Positions 1 to 10,199 of a stretch of DNA of 64,000 bases are shown here, piece after piece (within the stretch, counting starts at the first letter, position 1; every line of letters starts with the position of its first letter). The stretch spans positions 62,001-126,000 of IMG/VR virus record IMGVR_UViG_3300028840_005337. One strand, 5' to 3'. The DNA is from an uncultured virus (IMG/VR IMGVR_UViG_3300028840_005337) (taxonomy: Duplodnaviria; Heunggongvirae; Uroviricota; Caudoviricetes). The translations under genes and the position numbers were made by a program. The notes under the pieces were generated by a model. It had not been told where the DNA came from and did no database searches. It was given only the letters and a program-made list of their open reading frames with translations.

Positions 1-1
1 G

Positions 2-1504
2 CATCGTAGGAGCAACGTGGTAGCAGGGCTGCTGGTTAGCGGAGCGGACGTACTGACAGGGCATCACTTTGCGAGTCGGAATGCCCGCTTGAATCAGGAA
101 CGTCTCCCGCAGAGAGCCGGCACCAGTGTAGTCGTGTGCGAGAATCTCGGGCTTGAAGATATCCCAGTAGTGTTTGACCTCTTTGGCTTCGCGCAGGTGG
201 TCGTGGGGTGTAAGGAGCCGCTTGCCCCACAGTACGTCGATCGAGCCATCGTGCTTCACACCAAGGAGAGCGATCGTCGTAAAGCTGATCTTCTTTTCAC
301 CGCCCCCTCCCCAGTCAACGCCCAGCACGCGAAATTTGTATTGCCCGCAGCGACCACGGGCACGTGCAACTGTGTTGGGCCCGAGGTCAGACACCCGGTC
401 AATTTCAGTCAGCGTAACGAGTTTGGCGGCCGTGTCGTAAGACTCGCCGAGAACCTCGTTCCAAAACACGTTCGCAGGCGTGTTGCCTTTGCCCGCCATC
501 TTGGCGAGGAGTTCAGCCCACTTGTCAGGCTTGGCATAGTGCAAAGGCATGATCACCTGTGGAACATGGTATCCCGCCTGTAGCCATACCCGGTCGGGAT
601 GCCGGTGTACCCAGCGCCCCAGTCGGGGACTAATCGGCTTGCCGCAATGATAACAAATCGTCGCCGGGCACTTCTCGCTGATGTCGGTGTGATACTCGCC
701 GATCATCTTCTCGAGATGGAACTCCATGGACGGTATGTTCCAGCGCGGCTTGCCGTTCTGGGTACAATGAAAACAGGGAATAAACCACTCGGCCTGGCTG
801 GACTCGGTCCACAGGGCCTCTAGAGTGTTGTCCAACGTCTTCGGCGTGCCGGTGAACTGCCGGATCGCCCAGTCGGATGCCGACATCGTTTCGCGGATGA
901 TCGGGATATGTTCATGGTTCATATCCTGGACCTCGTCGATGGCCACTTTGTCCGCGGAAATACCCCGGACACGGTCAGCGTTGAGGAATGCGAACGAAAA
1001 GAGCATTTTGGAGTCGTTACGGAAGGAGCGGTGCAGCACGCTGTTCACGGTGGTCGTGTCCGACCACAAGAACTTCACCGGACTTTGGTCGATGAAGGGC
1101 TGGACGAACATCGTGCTGAAGCGCCGAACCTGCTCGAACAGCGGCATCACGTAGAGTGTGCTGAAGTTCGGGATGGAGGTGGATGTGATTACCCCGTGGG
1201 CAGCGAGCGATGTGCTCTTGCTCACCTGCCGCCCCGTCTTGTAGACTATGGCGGACGGCATACGGAATCTGAAGATCTCTTCAAAGGGGAAGTGGTTCGC
1301 CAAGGTGTACGGCTTACCCTTGAGATTGAGGAGCAGCATGAGCCCGTTGGCAAGTGAGTCCAACCGGCCCGACTGCAACAGCTGCGTGAAGAGCCTGACT
1401 CTTTCGTTAGCTGACAACTCCTCGATATTCTGGGGACTGAATGCGGCCCTCATCCGCATCTGCAGTCGTGCCAGTGCTTCAGGTTCTTGAAAGGGTACAT
1501 CCAT
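2..1504 (-). CDS. terL: Terminase large subunit, lambda GpA-like (runs off the window start)
   Basis: Manual translation from ATG at 1504 (GGAG RBS): MDVPFQEPEALARLQ..., Walker A YKTGRQVSKST, Walker B RGISADKVAIDEVQD, motif C FTGTPKT, CFHC/CYHC Zn pairs, nuclease motif VLGVDWGGG. Absent from the ORF track because its stop lies outside the window. Confidence 0.9.
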   Translation of the reverse strand, partial: MDVPFQEPEALARLQMRMRAAFSPQNIEELSANERVRLFTQLLQSGRLDSLANGLMLLLNLKGKPYTLANHFPFEEIFRFRMPSAIVYKTGRQVSKSTSLAAHGVITSTSIPNFSTLYVMPLFEQVRRFSTMFVQPFIDQSPVKFLWSDTTTVNSVLHRSFRNDSKMLFSFAFLNADRVRGISADKVAIDEVQDMNHEHIPIIRETMSASDWAIRQFTGTPKTLDNTLEALWTESSQAEWFIPCFHCTQNGKPRWNIPSMEFHLEKMIGEYHTDISEKCPATICYHCGKPISPRLGRWVHRHPDRVWLQAGYHVPQVIMPLHYAKPDKWAELLAKMAGKGNTPANVFWNEVLGESYDTAAKLVTLTEIDRVSDLGPNTVARARGRCGQYKFRVLGVDWGGGGEKKISFTTIALLGVKHDGSIDVLWGKRLLTPHDHLREAKEVKHYWDIFKPEILAHDYTGAGSLRETFLIQAGIPTRKVMPCQYVRSANQQPCYHVAPTM

Positions 1505-1727
1505 GGATAGAACTCCGTTTGAGGTAGAGAGGTATCGTCAGCGCGAGCTTGCAAAGTTCGATGCTGCTGGTCACTTCTGTGGCGAGGTCGCTCGACGAAC
1601 CCGCCCGTTCTGGGTCACTGTTTTGATCGCTTGGGTGATCATAATGGTGGTCTGCTATCTGTGACATGATAGCACAGACATGCTAAAACGCGAAGTCTGA
1701 TACACTCCAGCCTGGGAGGAGCTGCTA

Positions 1728-1946
1728 ATGGCAGTAACAATGAATGCGAGGTTGTTTCTTGAGCGTGCGGGTCTCCGGCCAACATTCAGGCGACCGGTCC
1801 CGACCACAGTCCCGGAGGATAATCCCATCTTCTCCCTCCCGTTGGATCCGCCACTACCACCGGCGGAATTGATACGGGACGGATGGCCTCCGCCGGACAG
1901 GTCTTCGACTCAGAATGACCCATGGCATCTTGGATCTACAGAGTAA
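1728..1946 (+). CDS. Hypothetical Pro-rich protein
   Basis: Strong GGAGGAG RBS before the ATG; first gene of the rightward run. Confidence 0.6.
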   Translation: MAVTMNARLFLERAGLRPTFRRPVPTTVPEDNPIFSLPLDPPLPPAELIRDGWPPPDRSSTQNDPWHLGSTE

Positions 1947-1948
1947 CC

Positions 1949-2131
1949 ATGTTTGCAAGTTGGTTTCGCGTGGCCATATGGTTGATCGTGCTGGCCTTGC
2001 TTGGAGCCGTCATCTTCGACGGGCCTTTCAAGCTTGTACCAGCCATCATTATTGGCTTCGTTCTTTACGGATTTTTCCATGTAGCAAGAGGCTTCGCAAG
2101 TGCGAAGGGCTGCGGAGAGTGGGAAGAATGA
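1949..2131 (+). CDS. Small membrane protein (two predicted TM segments)
   Basis: Two hydrophobic stretches; ATGA overlap with the next gene. Confidence 0.6.
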   Translation: MFASWFRVAIWLIVLALLGAVIFDGPFKLVPAIIIGFVLYGFFHVARGFASAKGCGEWEE

Positions 2132-2523
2132 CTTTAATCGATCTTTTGGTGCTCGCTATGGCGGCACATACCCTCGTCAGCGTGTGGTTGCAAGACGGCG
2201 GGCTATTCGAAAGCTGGCGCGATTGGCTTCGTGCCTGGGCAACGCCCACGATGCGCCAGCACAGCTCGTACGAAATGCCCACCCGTTGGTCAATGGTTCG
2301 TATGAAGATCGCATACTTGGCAGAATGTCGTTTCTGCCTAACCTGCCAGGCCTGCTTTTGGCTTCTGGTACTCTTCTGGCTCCCCGGCTATTGGCTTCCA
2401 GCCATCTGGGGTGAAATCCTCTACGTGCCGGTGTACGCACTGGCTGCTGCATGCATTGCTAGTGCCGCGACGTATCTGATGGATGCGCTCGAGGCGAAAG
2501 CAGAATCTTATTCACGAGAATAA
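2128..2523 (+). CDS. Membrane protein with CxxC (DUF1360-like)
   Basis: TM helices flanking LAECRFCLTCQ. Confidence 0.55.
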   Translation: MTLIDLLVLAMAAHTLVSVWLQDGGLFESWRDWLRAWATPTMRQHSSYEMPTRWSMVRMKIAYLAECRFCLTCQACFWLLVLFWLPGYWLPAIWGEILYVPVYALAAACIASAATYLMDALEAKAESYSRE

Positions 2524-2524
2524 T

Positions 2525-2947
2525 ATGTCCGAACGCAAAGTACCGTTCAATGAGCAGCTTCAGGCTGCTGTTGACGCATGCGAGGAGACTCTAAGGGACA
2601 TTCCGGAGGTCGAAGGCGTGGCATTCACGTTTATCTACGCCGACGGCCTTACGGAGTCCGAGCCCTCGAACGTGCTTATCGGGCCTGACGACCCGATCTT
2701 TCTCGCTAAGGCTGGTAAGCAACTCACAAAGCTCCAGCGCACTGTGACCGCAGCGTTGCAGGAAAAGTTCACCGTGGCCGAGACCGTTCTATCGAACCTC
2801 AAGGCGCAAATTGACGAACACATCGCAAAAGCCAAAGACCAGGAAGGGAACCAAGCGGAAGAAACCCCAGATCAAGGGGATAGCGACGCTGGACGACCTC
2901 CTGAAACACCTGCACATCCAGACGTGGGACACCCTGATAGTGGGTGA
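2525..2947 (+). CDS. Hypothetical protein
   Basis: Tightly packed ORF with GC3-rich codons. Confidence 0.6.
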   Translation: MSERKVPFNEQLQAAVDACEETLRDIPEVEGVAFTFIYADGLTESEPSNVLIGPDDPIFLAKAGKQLTKLQRTVTAALQEKFTVAETVLSNLKAQIDEHIAKAKDQEGNQAEETPDQGDSDAGRPPETPAHPDVGHPDSG

Positions 2948-3455
2948 CGGGTCTGGGACCGGGTGGAAACAAGGGGCCGGCTGGGCCTCCGTACTCATCG
3001 ACCAGTCCTCAGGCGCCCGCAAACTCTTCTATGGCGCCATGAACACTGGGACCGTCACTCTTGGCGAGATGTTCCCGTATCTGCATGCCCTATCGTGGTA
3101 CGCCGGCCGAGACGGGCCAGGGCGTAACCGCCGACAAGAGGTCCAGCAACTGGGCCGTGACATGCAGGTGCACATCGTTACCGATTCCCAAACCGTCGCA
3201 ACGTGCGGAAACAACCCCGCATCCCGGCGCTCGCATCGCGAGCTCTGGAAAGCGTTCGACGAGTACCGCAGCAACGGCTTTGCCTTGCAGTTCCACTTCG
3301 TTGCCCGGGACGTGATCAACTTGAACGTCCTGGTCGACGAGATTTCGCGTCAAGCACGCAAAGACATGGAGGAGACATACAGTACCGCCATGGAAACGCT
3401 GTGCAAACGATACCCAGGCCTCCCGGAGGATGCCACCATCTATGACTTCAACTGA
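2811..3455 (+). CDS. Ribonuclease HI-like protein
   Basis: IVGDGSG..GAGW, GEM, IVTDSQ, HRELWKAF and NVLVDEIS match the RNase HI D-E-D-D layout. Confidence 0.8.
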   Translation: MTNTSQKPKTRKGTKRKKPQIKGIATLDDLLKHLHIQTWDTLIVGDGSGTGWKQGAGWASVLIDQSSGARKLFYGAMNTGTVTLGEMFPYLHALSWYAGRDGPGRNRRQEVQQLGRDMQVHIVTDSQTVATCGNNPASRRSHRELWKAFDEYRSNGFALQFHFVARDVINLNVLVDEISRQARKDMEETYSTAMETLCKRYPGLPEDATIYDFN

Positions 3456-3897
3456 TCCCACGCTGGCGACGTATCACAAAGACCTCTACGAGGACGATAC
3501 GCCGCTTGCCATCATCAAGTTCTTCGAAGCCCAGCTCAACCGGACGCCCGACAGCGACCGCGACTGGCACGAGAACGTCCGCTACCGTGTCCATTACGGT
3601 AACACCATCACAGGGCGTTGCTGGGGCGAGTACGACGAAGGCACTGTGGCACTCAACAACGAGGAGCCACAGGGCCTGATGATGCTCGCGACGCCGTCTA
3701 CGAAGGAGGGGCCGCTGGTCCTGACTGGGTCGATCGTACGGATCGATAAGCTTGCTGGCCGCTCGGTCGAGCAGGTGTACAGACATCCCACATATCACAC
3801 CCACGAGGAGGAAGCGCGCGTTGCAAAAGCGGAAGTGCAGCCTGAACGGCGGCCGCGACGCATCGTGCTCAGAGGAAATGCCGACGGAGACACGTAG
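3430..3897 (+). CDS. Hypothetical protein
   Basis: GGAGG RBS; overlaps both neighbours. Confidence 0.6.
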   Translation: MPPSMTSTDPTLATYHKDLYEDDTPLAIIKFFEAQLNRTPDSDRDWHENVRYRVHYGNTITGRCWGEYDEGTVALNNEEPQGLMMLATPSTKEGPLVLTGSIVRIDKLAGRSVEQVYRHPTYHTHEEEARVAKAEVQPERRPRRIVLRGNADGDT

Positions 3898-5698
3898 TTT
3901 CAAGATGGACCAGAGTTTGCTGGTCAGCGTGATCAAGAAGCAGGCAGGCAGCCTGTGGAAAGCCGTTGTGGAAGGCGGGCAGAACGTCATCGACGCTGCC
4001 GCCCGCAAGTGCGAGATCGATTGCACGCCACAGATGGTGCAGATTCGCGATAACGGAAAGGGGTTCCGGTCCAAGGCGGACATTGAGAACTTCTTCGAAG
4101 TCTTCGGCAAACCGCACGAAGAAAGAGAGCAGAAAGTCTTTGGACAGTACCGCATGGGCCGCGGCCAGCTGTTCGCCTTCGGGCGTAACGTCTGGCGGTC
4201 CGGCGAGTTCGAGATGATCGTCGATATTGAGGAGAACGGCCTGGATTATGAGCTACGATCTGGCCTCGAGTATCACAACGGCTGCATCGTGACAGTGGAG
4301 CTTTATCGGCCGCTGTCGCATGTCCAGCACAACGAGATCCTCGACGAGATCAAGAAGAACATCAAGTTCGTCCAGATCCCGTTCCATCTGAATGGCGACG
4401 AGAAGCAGTTCAACAAGAAGCCCGACAAGATCGCCTGGGACCTCTCGACGGCCGAGGCGGACTTCAAGTGGCGTGACAACGGGAACCTGGAGCTGTTCAA
4501 CCAGGGCATCCGTGTCTGCTCTTACCCGCGCTACCGGTACGGCACCGGCGGCGACATCGTGTCCAAAAAGCAGCTGGACGTGAACTTCGCCCGAAACGAC
4601 GTCATGGACAGCTGTGAGACGTGGCAGGCGATCAGAAAGACCGTGCGCGACCACGTCAACGCACGGACGTTGGCCCAGCAAGAAACGGCCGGCCGGCAAC
4701 GGAATACCCCGACGCGCACACGTGCCCGGGCAACCAATCGGCGGCGTCCGACGCTGACCGAGCAGGACCGCTGCCGCGTCGTGCGCGAGATGAAAGACGG
4801 GTCGTTGAACAAGCGCCAGATGAAGGCCGCCAAGGTCTTCACGATGTGGCGTAAGGAAACGCACTCGACGATCTCCGCCGTATACAAGATCGCCAAGGGG
4901 AACGTCACGTTCCTCCCAGACGAGACACCGGCGTACTCGAGCCTACCCAAATCGCTGGCGGATCACCGCCTGGCGGTCGTGCTCGATCCCGTCATGTTCA
5001 ACCGCTGGGGATGGAAACCGGAGTTCCCGGAAAAGCTAGTCGAGAACATCAACGCCACGTTCGACGAGCAGTTCGGCAAGTACGCAAACGACGTCCGGCT
5101 GAAGTACGTCGATGCGGACAAGATCGTGAAGACGATGCAAGGATCGAACACGGTCATCGACGCGAACAAGATGACACGCCTCGAACGCATCGCCACGGCG
5201 ACTATGAGCGCCAATATCAGCAACATCCACTGGGCAGCCTGCCGTGTCAATGTCCAGCAGAACCGCAACGCGCAGCGGCGCATTGTGGTCGGCATCGGTC
5301 CGTTCGATTCGTGGACCGACGGCCGTACGTTCATTGCGATCAACCGCCGGGTGATTGCTGCTGTCAAGGTCGGGCCTTCCAGCTGGTGGCGCTACGCTAC
5401 GCTGCTCCTGCACGAGTATCTGCACACAGATGCGACGCAGGACGCGCATATGCACAAGAAGGACTTCTACGAGGCGTACCACAATCTCGTGCAACAGCAC
5501 TTCATGGGCGTCTTCTGCTGGAACTGCATGATGCGGCTGCCCGCCAATGCGCGCAGCGTGCGTCGTCGCCTGACCAGCAAGGAGTTGGCGACTGTCGATG
5601 CGGCCGAAGAGCAGCAAATCTACGCACAGAACTGGGACGACCTGGGTGTCATGTCACACCCGGATTTGGCGCCCACTTCGCGAGAGGCAGAGGAATGA
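3878..5698 (+). CDS. GHKL (HSP90/MORC-like) ATPase fused to a C-terminal HExxH zincin-like domain
   Basis: EGGQNVIDA, IRDNGKGF and FGQYRMGRG GHKL boxes; C-terminal LLHEYLH...HMHKKDFY. Confidence 0.75.
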   Translation: MPTETRSFKMDQSLLVSVIKKQAGSLWKAVVEGGQNVIDAAARKCEIDCTPQMVQIRDNGKGFRSKADIENFFEVFGKPHEEREQKVFGQYRMGRGQLFAFGRNVWRSGEFEMIVDIEENGLDYELRSGLEYHNGCIVTVELYRPLSHVQHNEILDEIKKNIKFVQIPFHLNGDEKQFNKKPDKIAWDLSTAEADFKWRDNGNLELFNQGIRVCSYPRYRYGTGGDIVSKKQLDVNFARNDVMDSCETWQAIRKTVRDHVNARTLAQQETAGRQRNTPTRTRARATNRRRPTLTEQDRCRVVREMKDGSLNKRQMKAAKVFTMWRKETHSTISAVYKIAKGNVTFLPDETPAYSSLPKSLADHRLAVVLDPVMFNRWGWKPEFPEKLVENINATFDEQFGKYANDVRLKYVDADKIVKTMQGSNTVIDANKMTRLERIATATMSANISNIHWAACRVNVQQNRNAQRRIVVGIGPFDSWTDGRTFIAINRRVIAAVKVGPSSWWRYATLLLHEYLHTDATQDAHMHKKDFYEAYHNLVQQHFMGVFCWNCMMRLPANARSVRRRLTSKELATVDAAEEQQIYAQNWDDLGVMSHPDLAPTSREAEE

Positions 5699-6479
5699 AC
5701 GGGCTACCTTGGGACATCCAGGTAGCCCTTGACCTCCGCATCTCACACGGGGCCGAGAAGGTGGAGGAGTACTGGGACACGAACATGCACGCCAAGAAGC
5801 GGACAGCCGCTATCCGGTGGATCATGTTCAACCGCCCGGATCTCCTCAACTTCTCCGGCGCCCCTGTTAAACGGTTCATGGCGCTGATCGAGGCGCTTTT
5901 CGAAGAATATAAGGAGGAGCGTCATGTCAAAGAAGGAGCTTAGGCAGTGCACACACAAGGACTGCCGACAGTGGACCACGGATTGGTACCCGATCACTGG
6001 AGGCGCTCGCCTTAAACACGTCCGCTGCGCCGAGTGCTTTGAGCGCGAGGTGCGTGCCGCTGTCCACGACGGGATCGTCCCGTTCGACAAGCTGCAGGAG
6101 CGGGAGAAGAAGGACACGTATAAGGAGCCACAAACTGTACCGGATCAAGATTCAGATGCCGGTCCTAGTCCACCAGGAGAAGATCCATGTGGTGGAGACT
6201 GAACTCGAGGTCCCCGACCAGTTCCAACTGGTTGCTGGGCACTACATATATCACAAGGTGACCAGCGGGCTGATGCCCATCGGCACCGTGATCTACGACG
6301 GAAAGCGTGACGTCCTGGTAGCGTGCCTGGACGGAGCGGCTTATGACAAGACCGTTACTATCGACGAATGGCTGGTGGAGCGTCCGCACTGGGTCGAAGC
6401 GACCGGCGAGGACGACGCACCGACGCCGTTCCTCGAGATGCAACGGATCAAACTCGCGCCGCCGGATGACGGCGACTAA
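5695..6479 (+). CDS. Three small hypothetical genes (5695-5943; 5924-6202 with CxxxxC/CxxC; ~6156-6479)
   Basis: Chained overlapping ORFs; RBS AAGGAGG before 5924. Confidence 0.5.
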
Positions 6480-6498
6480 CCCCTTCAGGAGGATGTAC

Positions 6499-8622
6499 AT
6501 GAACAAGAAAGCGGCTGCCGCCAGAATCGCTGAACTGTCAGCGGACGTGGATCGGCACAACATGTTGTACTATTGCTATGGTGAACCAGCGATCCCGGAT
6601 AGGGTGTTCGACGAGCTCCTCAAGGAACTGGTTGCACTAGAGCAGGAATTCCCGGATCTGGCGCTGCCAGATAGCCCGACCCAACGTGTGGGCGGCGCTC
6701 CTGTTGAGGGCCTCGAGTCCATGGAGCACCCGTCGCTCATGTTTTCTATCGACAACTGCTTCGACCTCGATGAGGTCAAGAAGTTTCATCAGCGTGTGGT
6801 GAAGAAGCTCGGCCACGAGCCGCTCTGGACGCCCGAATGGAAGATTGACGGTTGCGCTGTCAATCTGATCTATGAGGACGGCGTACTCACCCATGCCATA
6901 ACCCGCGGCGACGGTGCAGTCGGCGACGACATCACGCACGCTGCCAAGGCAATGCGCGGCGTCCCTCTCAAGCTGGACCGTCTCTACGACGAGGAAGGCA
7001 ATGTGATGGGGAATCCCAAGCCGTTGCCGAAGCTCTTGGAGATCCGTGGCGAAGCGTTCATCACGCACGATGACTTCACGCAGGTCAACTGTGCGCGCAA
7101 CAACGCTGGTGAGGAGACGTTCGCCAACTCCCGCAACGCCACGTCCGGCGCTATCCGTAGCGTCGATCCGGCCGACTGTCACGAGCGGCGTGTACGTTTT
7201 ATGGCGCACGGCATCGGCAAGTGTGAGTACGAAGGCGACGTCGATATCGAGTCGTACTTCGAGACGCTGTTTGCCTTTCATCTTTGCGGGATGCCGATCA
7301 CAGATCACTATGGCCTGCCCGCCCCGATGGATAAGGCGCTGAAGACCGTCGCAGAGATGGTTGCCATGCTGCCAGAACTGAGCATTCCGGTCGACGGGAT
7401 CGTCCTGAAGCTGGACAAGTTCAGCGATCGTGAAGCCATGGGCCAAGAGTCCAAGAAGCACGTGAGCTGGGCGCTGGCCTACAAGTGGGAGAAGTACGAG
7501 GCCGTAACCGAGGTCGAGCGCTTCGACGTACAGGTAGGCAAGCAGGGCACGCTGACGCCGGTGGTTTACTGCAAACCGGTGGAGATCGCTGAGACGATGG
7601 TCGGCAAGGCGTCGCTGCACAACTGGCACGAAGTCTTGCGCCTGGGCATCGCCCACGGTGACTCGATCGTCATGGAAAAGGCCGGCAAGATCATTCCGCA
7701 CGTCGTACGTGTGGTCAAGGAGAAGCGCACCGGACCGGTCGCGCCGTTCCTGCCGCCCGCTACCTGCCCGTCCTGCGGCAGCGACGCCATCGAGGATGGT
7801 CCGTTCCTGCGCTGCTCAGGTGATTCGTGCCCCGCACAGATCGCCGCCCTGCTCCGATCGGCCGCTGACCGGTCCCGCCTAGATATAGATGGTTTGGGGG
7901 AGACCCTAGCCACCCAATTGGCGGAGGCAGAGCTGGTTGAGGACCTCTCGGACCTCTTCACGCTTGAGCATCGCAGAGACAGCGTTCTGAGGCTTGCACG
8001 CATGGGCGAGAAGAAAGCCGACAAGCTCTTCGAAGCCCTCGCAACGGCGCGTGAGCGGCCTTCCTGGCGATTATTGGCGTCTTTGAACATCAAGCACGTC
8101 GGAAGGACCATGTCGGAGGCCATCTGCAAGGCTGCTAGCGCTGCTGGCGCCGAGCTGAAGGAACCCGCCGACCCCTTCCAAGTGATGGTGTCCTTGTGGT
8201 CGATCGACGACTATACCCAGATTGAGGGGGTTGGCGAAGCCGCCGCTCGATCGATCTGGACGTGGATGCACAGCGAGAAAAACCTGAAGCTGCTGAAGCG
8301 CCTCCGGGACTACGGCGTCAACATGGGCGTCAACGACCCGGTGCCCGAAGTAGACGACGGATCTCCGAAGCCGCTCGCCGGTATGAAGATCTGTGCGACC
8401 GGGAAACTGGTCGGGTACTCTCGCGAAAGCATCAAGGAGACGATCGTGCAACACGGCGGTACAGTCGCCAGCGCGGTCTCGGCGAAGACCGACATGCTCG
8501 TCGCCGGCGAAAAAGCCGGCAGCAAACTGAAGAAGGCCCAGGACCTGGGCGTTCGTGTCGTCAACGAAGCGGAGTTCAATGACCTCATATCGGTCGAGCA
8601 GCAAGAATCCGCCAGTAAGTAA
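6499..8622 (+). CDS. ligA: NAD-dependent DNA ligase
   Basis: EWKIDG adenylation motif, TRGDG, EIRGE, DGIVLK, C4 Zn finger, HhH repeats, C-terminal BRCT (AGEKAGSKLKKA); AGGAGG RBS. Confidence 0.97.
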   Translation: MNKKAAAARIAELSADVDRHNMLYYCYGEPAIPDRVFDELLKELVALEQEFPDLALPDSPTQRVGGAPVEGLESMEHPSLMFSIDNCFDLDEVKKFHQRVVKKLGHEPLWTPEWKIDGCAVNLIYEDGVLTHAITRGDGAVGDDITHAAKAMRGVPLKLDRLYDEEGNVMGNPKPLPKLLEIRGEAFITHDDFTQVNCARNNAGEETFANSRNATSGAIRSVDPADCHERRVRFMAHGIGKCEYEGDVDIESYFETLFAFHLCGMPITDHYGLPAPMDKALKTVAEMVAMLPELSIPVDGIVLKLDKFSDREAMGQESKKHVSWALAYKWEKYEAVTEVERFDVQVGKQGTLTPVVYCKPVEIAETMVGKASLHNWHEVLRLGIAHGDSIVMEKAGKIIPHVVRVVKEKRTGPVAPFLPPATCPSCGSDAIEDGPFLRCSGDSCPAQIAALLRSAADRSRLDIDGLGETLATQLAEAELVEDLSDLFTLEHRRDSVLRLARMGEKKADKLFEALATARERPSWRLLASLNIKHVGRTMSEAICKAASAAGAELKEPADPFQVMVSLWSIDDYTQIEGVGEAAARSIWTWMHSEKNLKLLKRLRDYGVNMGVNDPVPEVDDGSPKPLAGMKICATGKLVGYSRESIKETIVQHGGTVASAVSAKTDMLVAGEKAGSKLKKAQDLGVRVVNEAEFNDLISVEQQESASK

Positions 8623-8866
8623 CGTCGGGAAAAGTCGTAACATCGACCCTCGGCGACTATTTGGTAACGGCGTGCCGGCACACCGGATTGAATCGTACCG
8701 GGTGCCGGCACCTGCCGGTATTTCGATCCCCTTTGGCACCGTCCCGCGGGATGTGTACATACAGGGGCCGCGTTACAAAGTCGAGTTTTACGCCTTCGAG
8801 ACGCTTGGCGGGGTCATCGGCCACACCGGAGCGCTTGCGAGGGCTGATTTCAGTACAGGAGATACC

Positions 8867-9253
8867 TTGGGATTCAAGATCAATGTCACCGTCGAGGCGC
8901 TGCGGACCAAACTGCAGGCGAACCTGGCGCGGCACAAGGACCTTTACCAAGAAGCCAGAGATGGCTACTGCGAGAAGGCGAAGGCGCAGCTGTGTGAAGC
9001 TGTTGATCGCCTGAAGGATGGCAAGCTCATCCGACTACGGTTCGACCTCGAGCCGCCTACCGATCACTCCGAGGACTACGAGCGGGTTTTGCGTATGCTT
9101 GACGCCTGCACGGACGAATCGATGGAAATCACAGAAGAACAATTCGCCGCGTATTGGGACGACGACTGGTCGTGGATGTACAACTGGGTGTGCACGAACA
9201 GCAAGATGTCGTCCAAGACGCTGGCATACGGCCAATCAAAAGGATTACTGTAA
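8867..9253 (+). CDS. Hypothetical helical protein (TTG start; frame open upstream to 8555)
   Basis: AGGAG RBS before the TTG at 8867. Confidence 0.65.
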   Translation: MGFKINVTVEALRTKLQANLARHKDLYQEARDGYCEKAKAQLCEAVDRLKDGKLIRLRFDLEPPTDHSEDYERVLRMLDACTDESMEITEEQFAAYWDDDWSWMYNWVCTNSKMSSKTLAYGQSKGLL

Positions 9254-9281
9254 TTTACGCTCGAAAAGCCAAGGGAGAGCG

Positions 9282-9357
9282 AACAGGCGGTGCGGCGGGT
9301 TCCTTTTGGGCCCTGTTTACAGGGTTTTATCCTGCTCGTCGTGCCGCCTGTTGTTTT
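9282..9357 (+). terminator. Long G.U-rich hairpin between convergent operons (terminator or sRNA)
   Basis: 19-bp stem 9282-9300/9334-9352 plus inner stem GGGCCCTG/CAGGGTTT, followed by GTTTT. Confidence 0.55.
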
Positions 9358-9359
9358 AA

Positions 9360-9617
9360 CTACTCCTCCACGCCGGCGGCTTTGAGAAGCTCGCCGCGGA
9401 AGCAGCTGATCGAGCAGTTGAAGCTGAGATGCTCCTTCGCCCAATCGAACAGGTCCTTCATCGAGAGACCTTGGTATTTGCCGTCGGACCAGTTCTTGAC
9501 GAACTCTTCCCACAGCTCGCGTTCCTCGCCTTGGAGGACGCGCGGGGTGACCAGACGCGGTTTCGCAGCGAGAGCGGCGAGGGCGTCCTTGTTGTTTTTC
9601 TTGGTGGCTTTGGCCAT
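9360..9617 (-). CDS. Hypothetical protein
   Basis: Last gene of the leftward operon; GAGGA RBS. Confidence 0.65.
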   Translation of the reverse strand: MAKATKKNNKDALAALAAKPRLVTPRVLQGEERELWEEFVKNWSDGKYQGLSMKDLFDWAKEHLSFNCSISCFRGELLKAAGVEE

Positions 9618-9619
9618 GA

Positions 9620-10198
9620 CTATTCTTCCTCTTGTTCTTCAGCAGGATACTCGTGCAACGGCATGACGGCAGTTGAACCGATCACCCGGTGCATGTTCGT
9701 CAGGTGGAAGTCGGACATGAATGCGCGCTCCACGTTGACGCCAAACGGTTCTAAATCCTCGCGGATCTTTTTGGTGAGCGAGTTGTTGATGCTCCGGAAC
9801 TTCCGGATCAACGTCTCGACGTCTTTACCGATAACGGATTCGACGACGCCCTCTTGTGCGCGATCACGGATCGTGACGTTGAAGTCGTACGTGTGGGCCA
9901 GCGCCTTGACGATGTCGTCGATTGTGAAAACCACTGTCACTGATATTGTCAGTCCGATAGCTTCTTTGGTATCATGCGGCAGTGTTTGAGCTTCAAGATT
10001 GATCGTGTCACGGATAACGGGATGGACCACCGGTCGTTGGATGGGTGGCCAGTAGAGATGAAAGCCAGGGCCAATGGCCTTCACTCTGCCGAGCGTGAAC
10101 ATGACTCCCATCTGGGTCCTGTCGACGTGGAGCCCACGAGGGAAGATCCGAGATGCCCAACGCAGGAGGTCGCTCAGCCATCCAAGACCGATGTCCAT
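9620..10198 (-). CDS. SPFH/Band 7 domain protein
   Basis: GVMFTLGRV..IGPGFHLYWP, QTL, LEPFGVNVERAFMSDF. Confidence 0.85.
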   Translation of the reverse strand: MDIGLGWLSDLLRWASRIFPRGLHVDRTQMGVMFTLGRVKAIGPGFHLYWPPIQRPVVHPVIRDTINLEAQTLPHDTKEAIGLTISVTVVFTIDDIVKALAHTYDFNVTIRDRAQEGVVESVIGKDVETLIRKFRSINNSLTKKIREDLEPFGVNVERAFMSDFHLTNMHRVIGSTAVMPLHEYPAEEQEEE

Positions 10199-10199
10199 A

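Noticed and set aside
17..1490. Plus-strand ORFs listed in the track over this region
   Set aside because: They are antisense shadows of the terminase gene.
1479..1667. 62-aa ORF overlapping the terminase start (small subunit or frameshift fusion?)
   Set aside because: No recognisable motif or slippery site, and terL has its own RBS and ATG.
8623..8866. Short 16S rRNA-like words after ligA (AAGTCGTAACA; GGGTCATCGGCCACACCGG) and a GTGCCGGCAC repeat
   Set aside because: Matches are short, out of rRNA order and plausible by chance over 64 kb; the stretch also lies in an open frame with coding-like GC3 bias.
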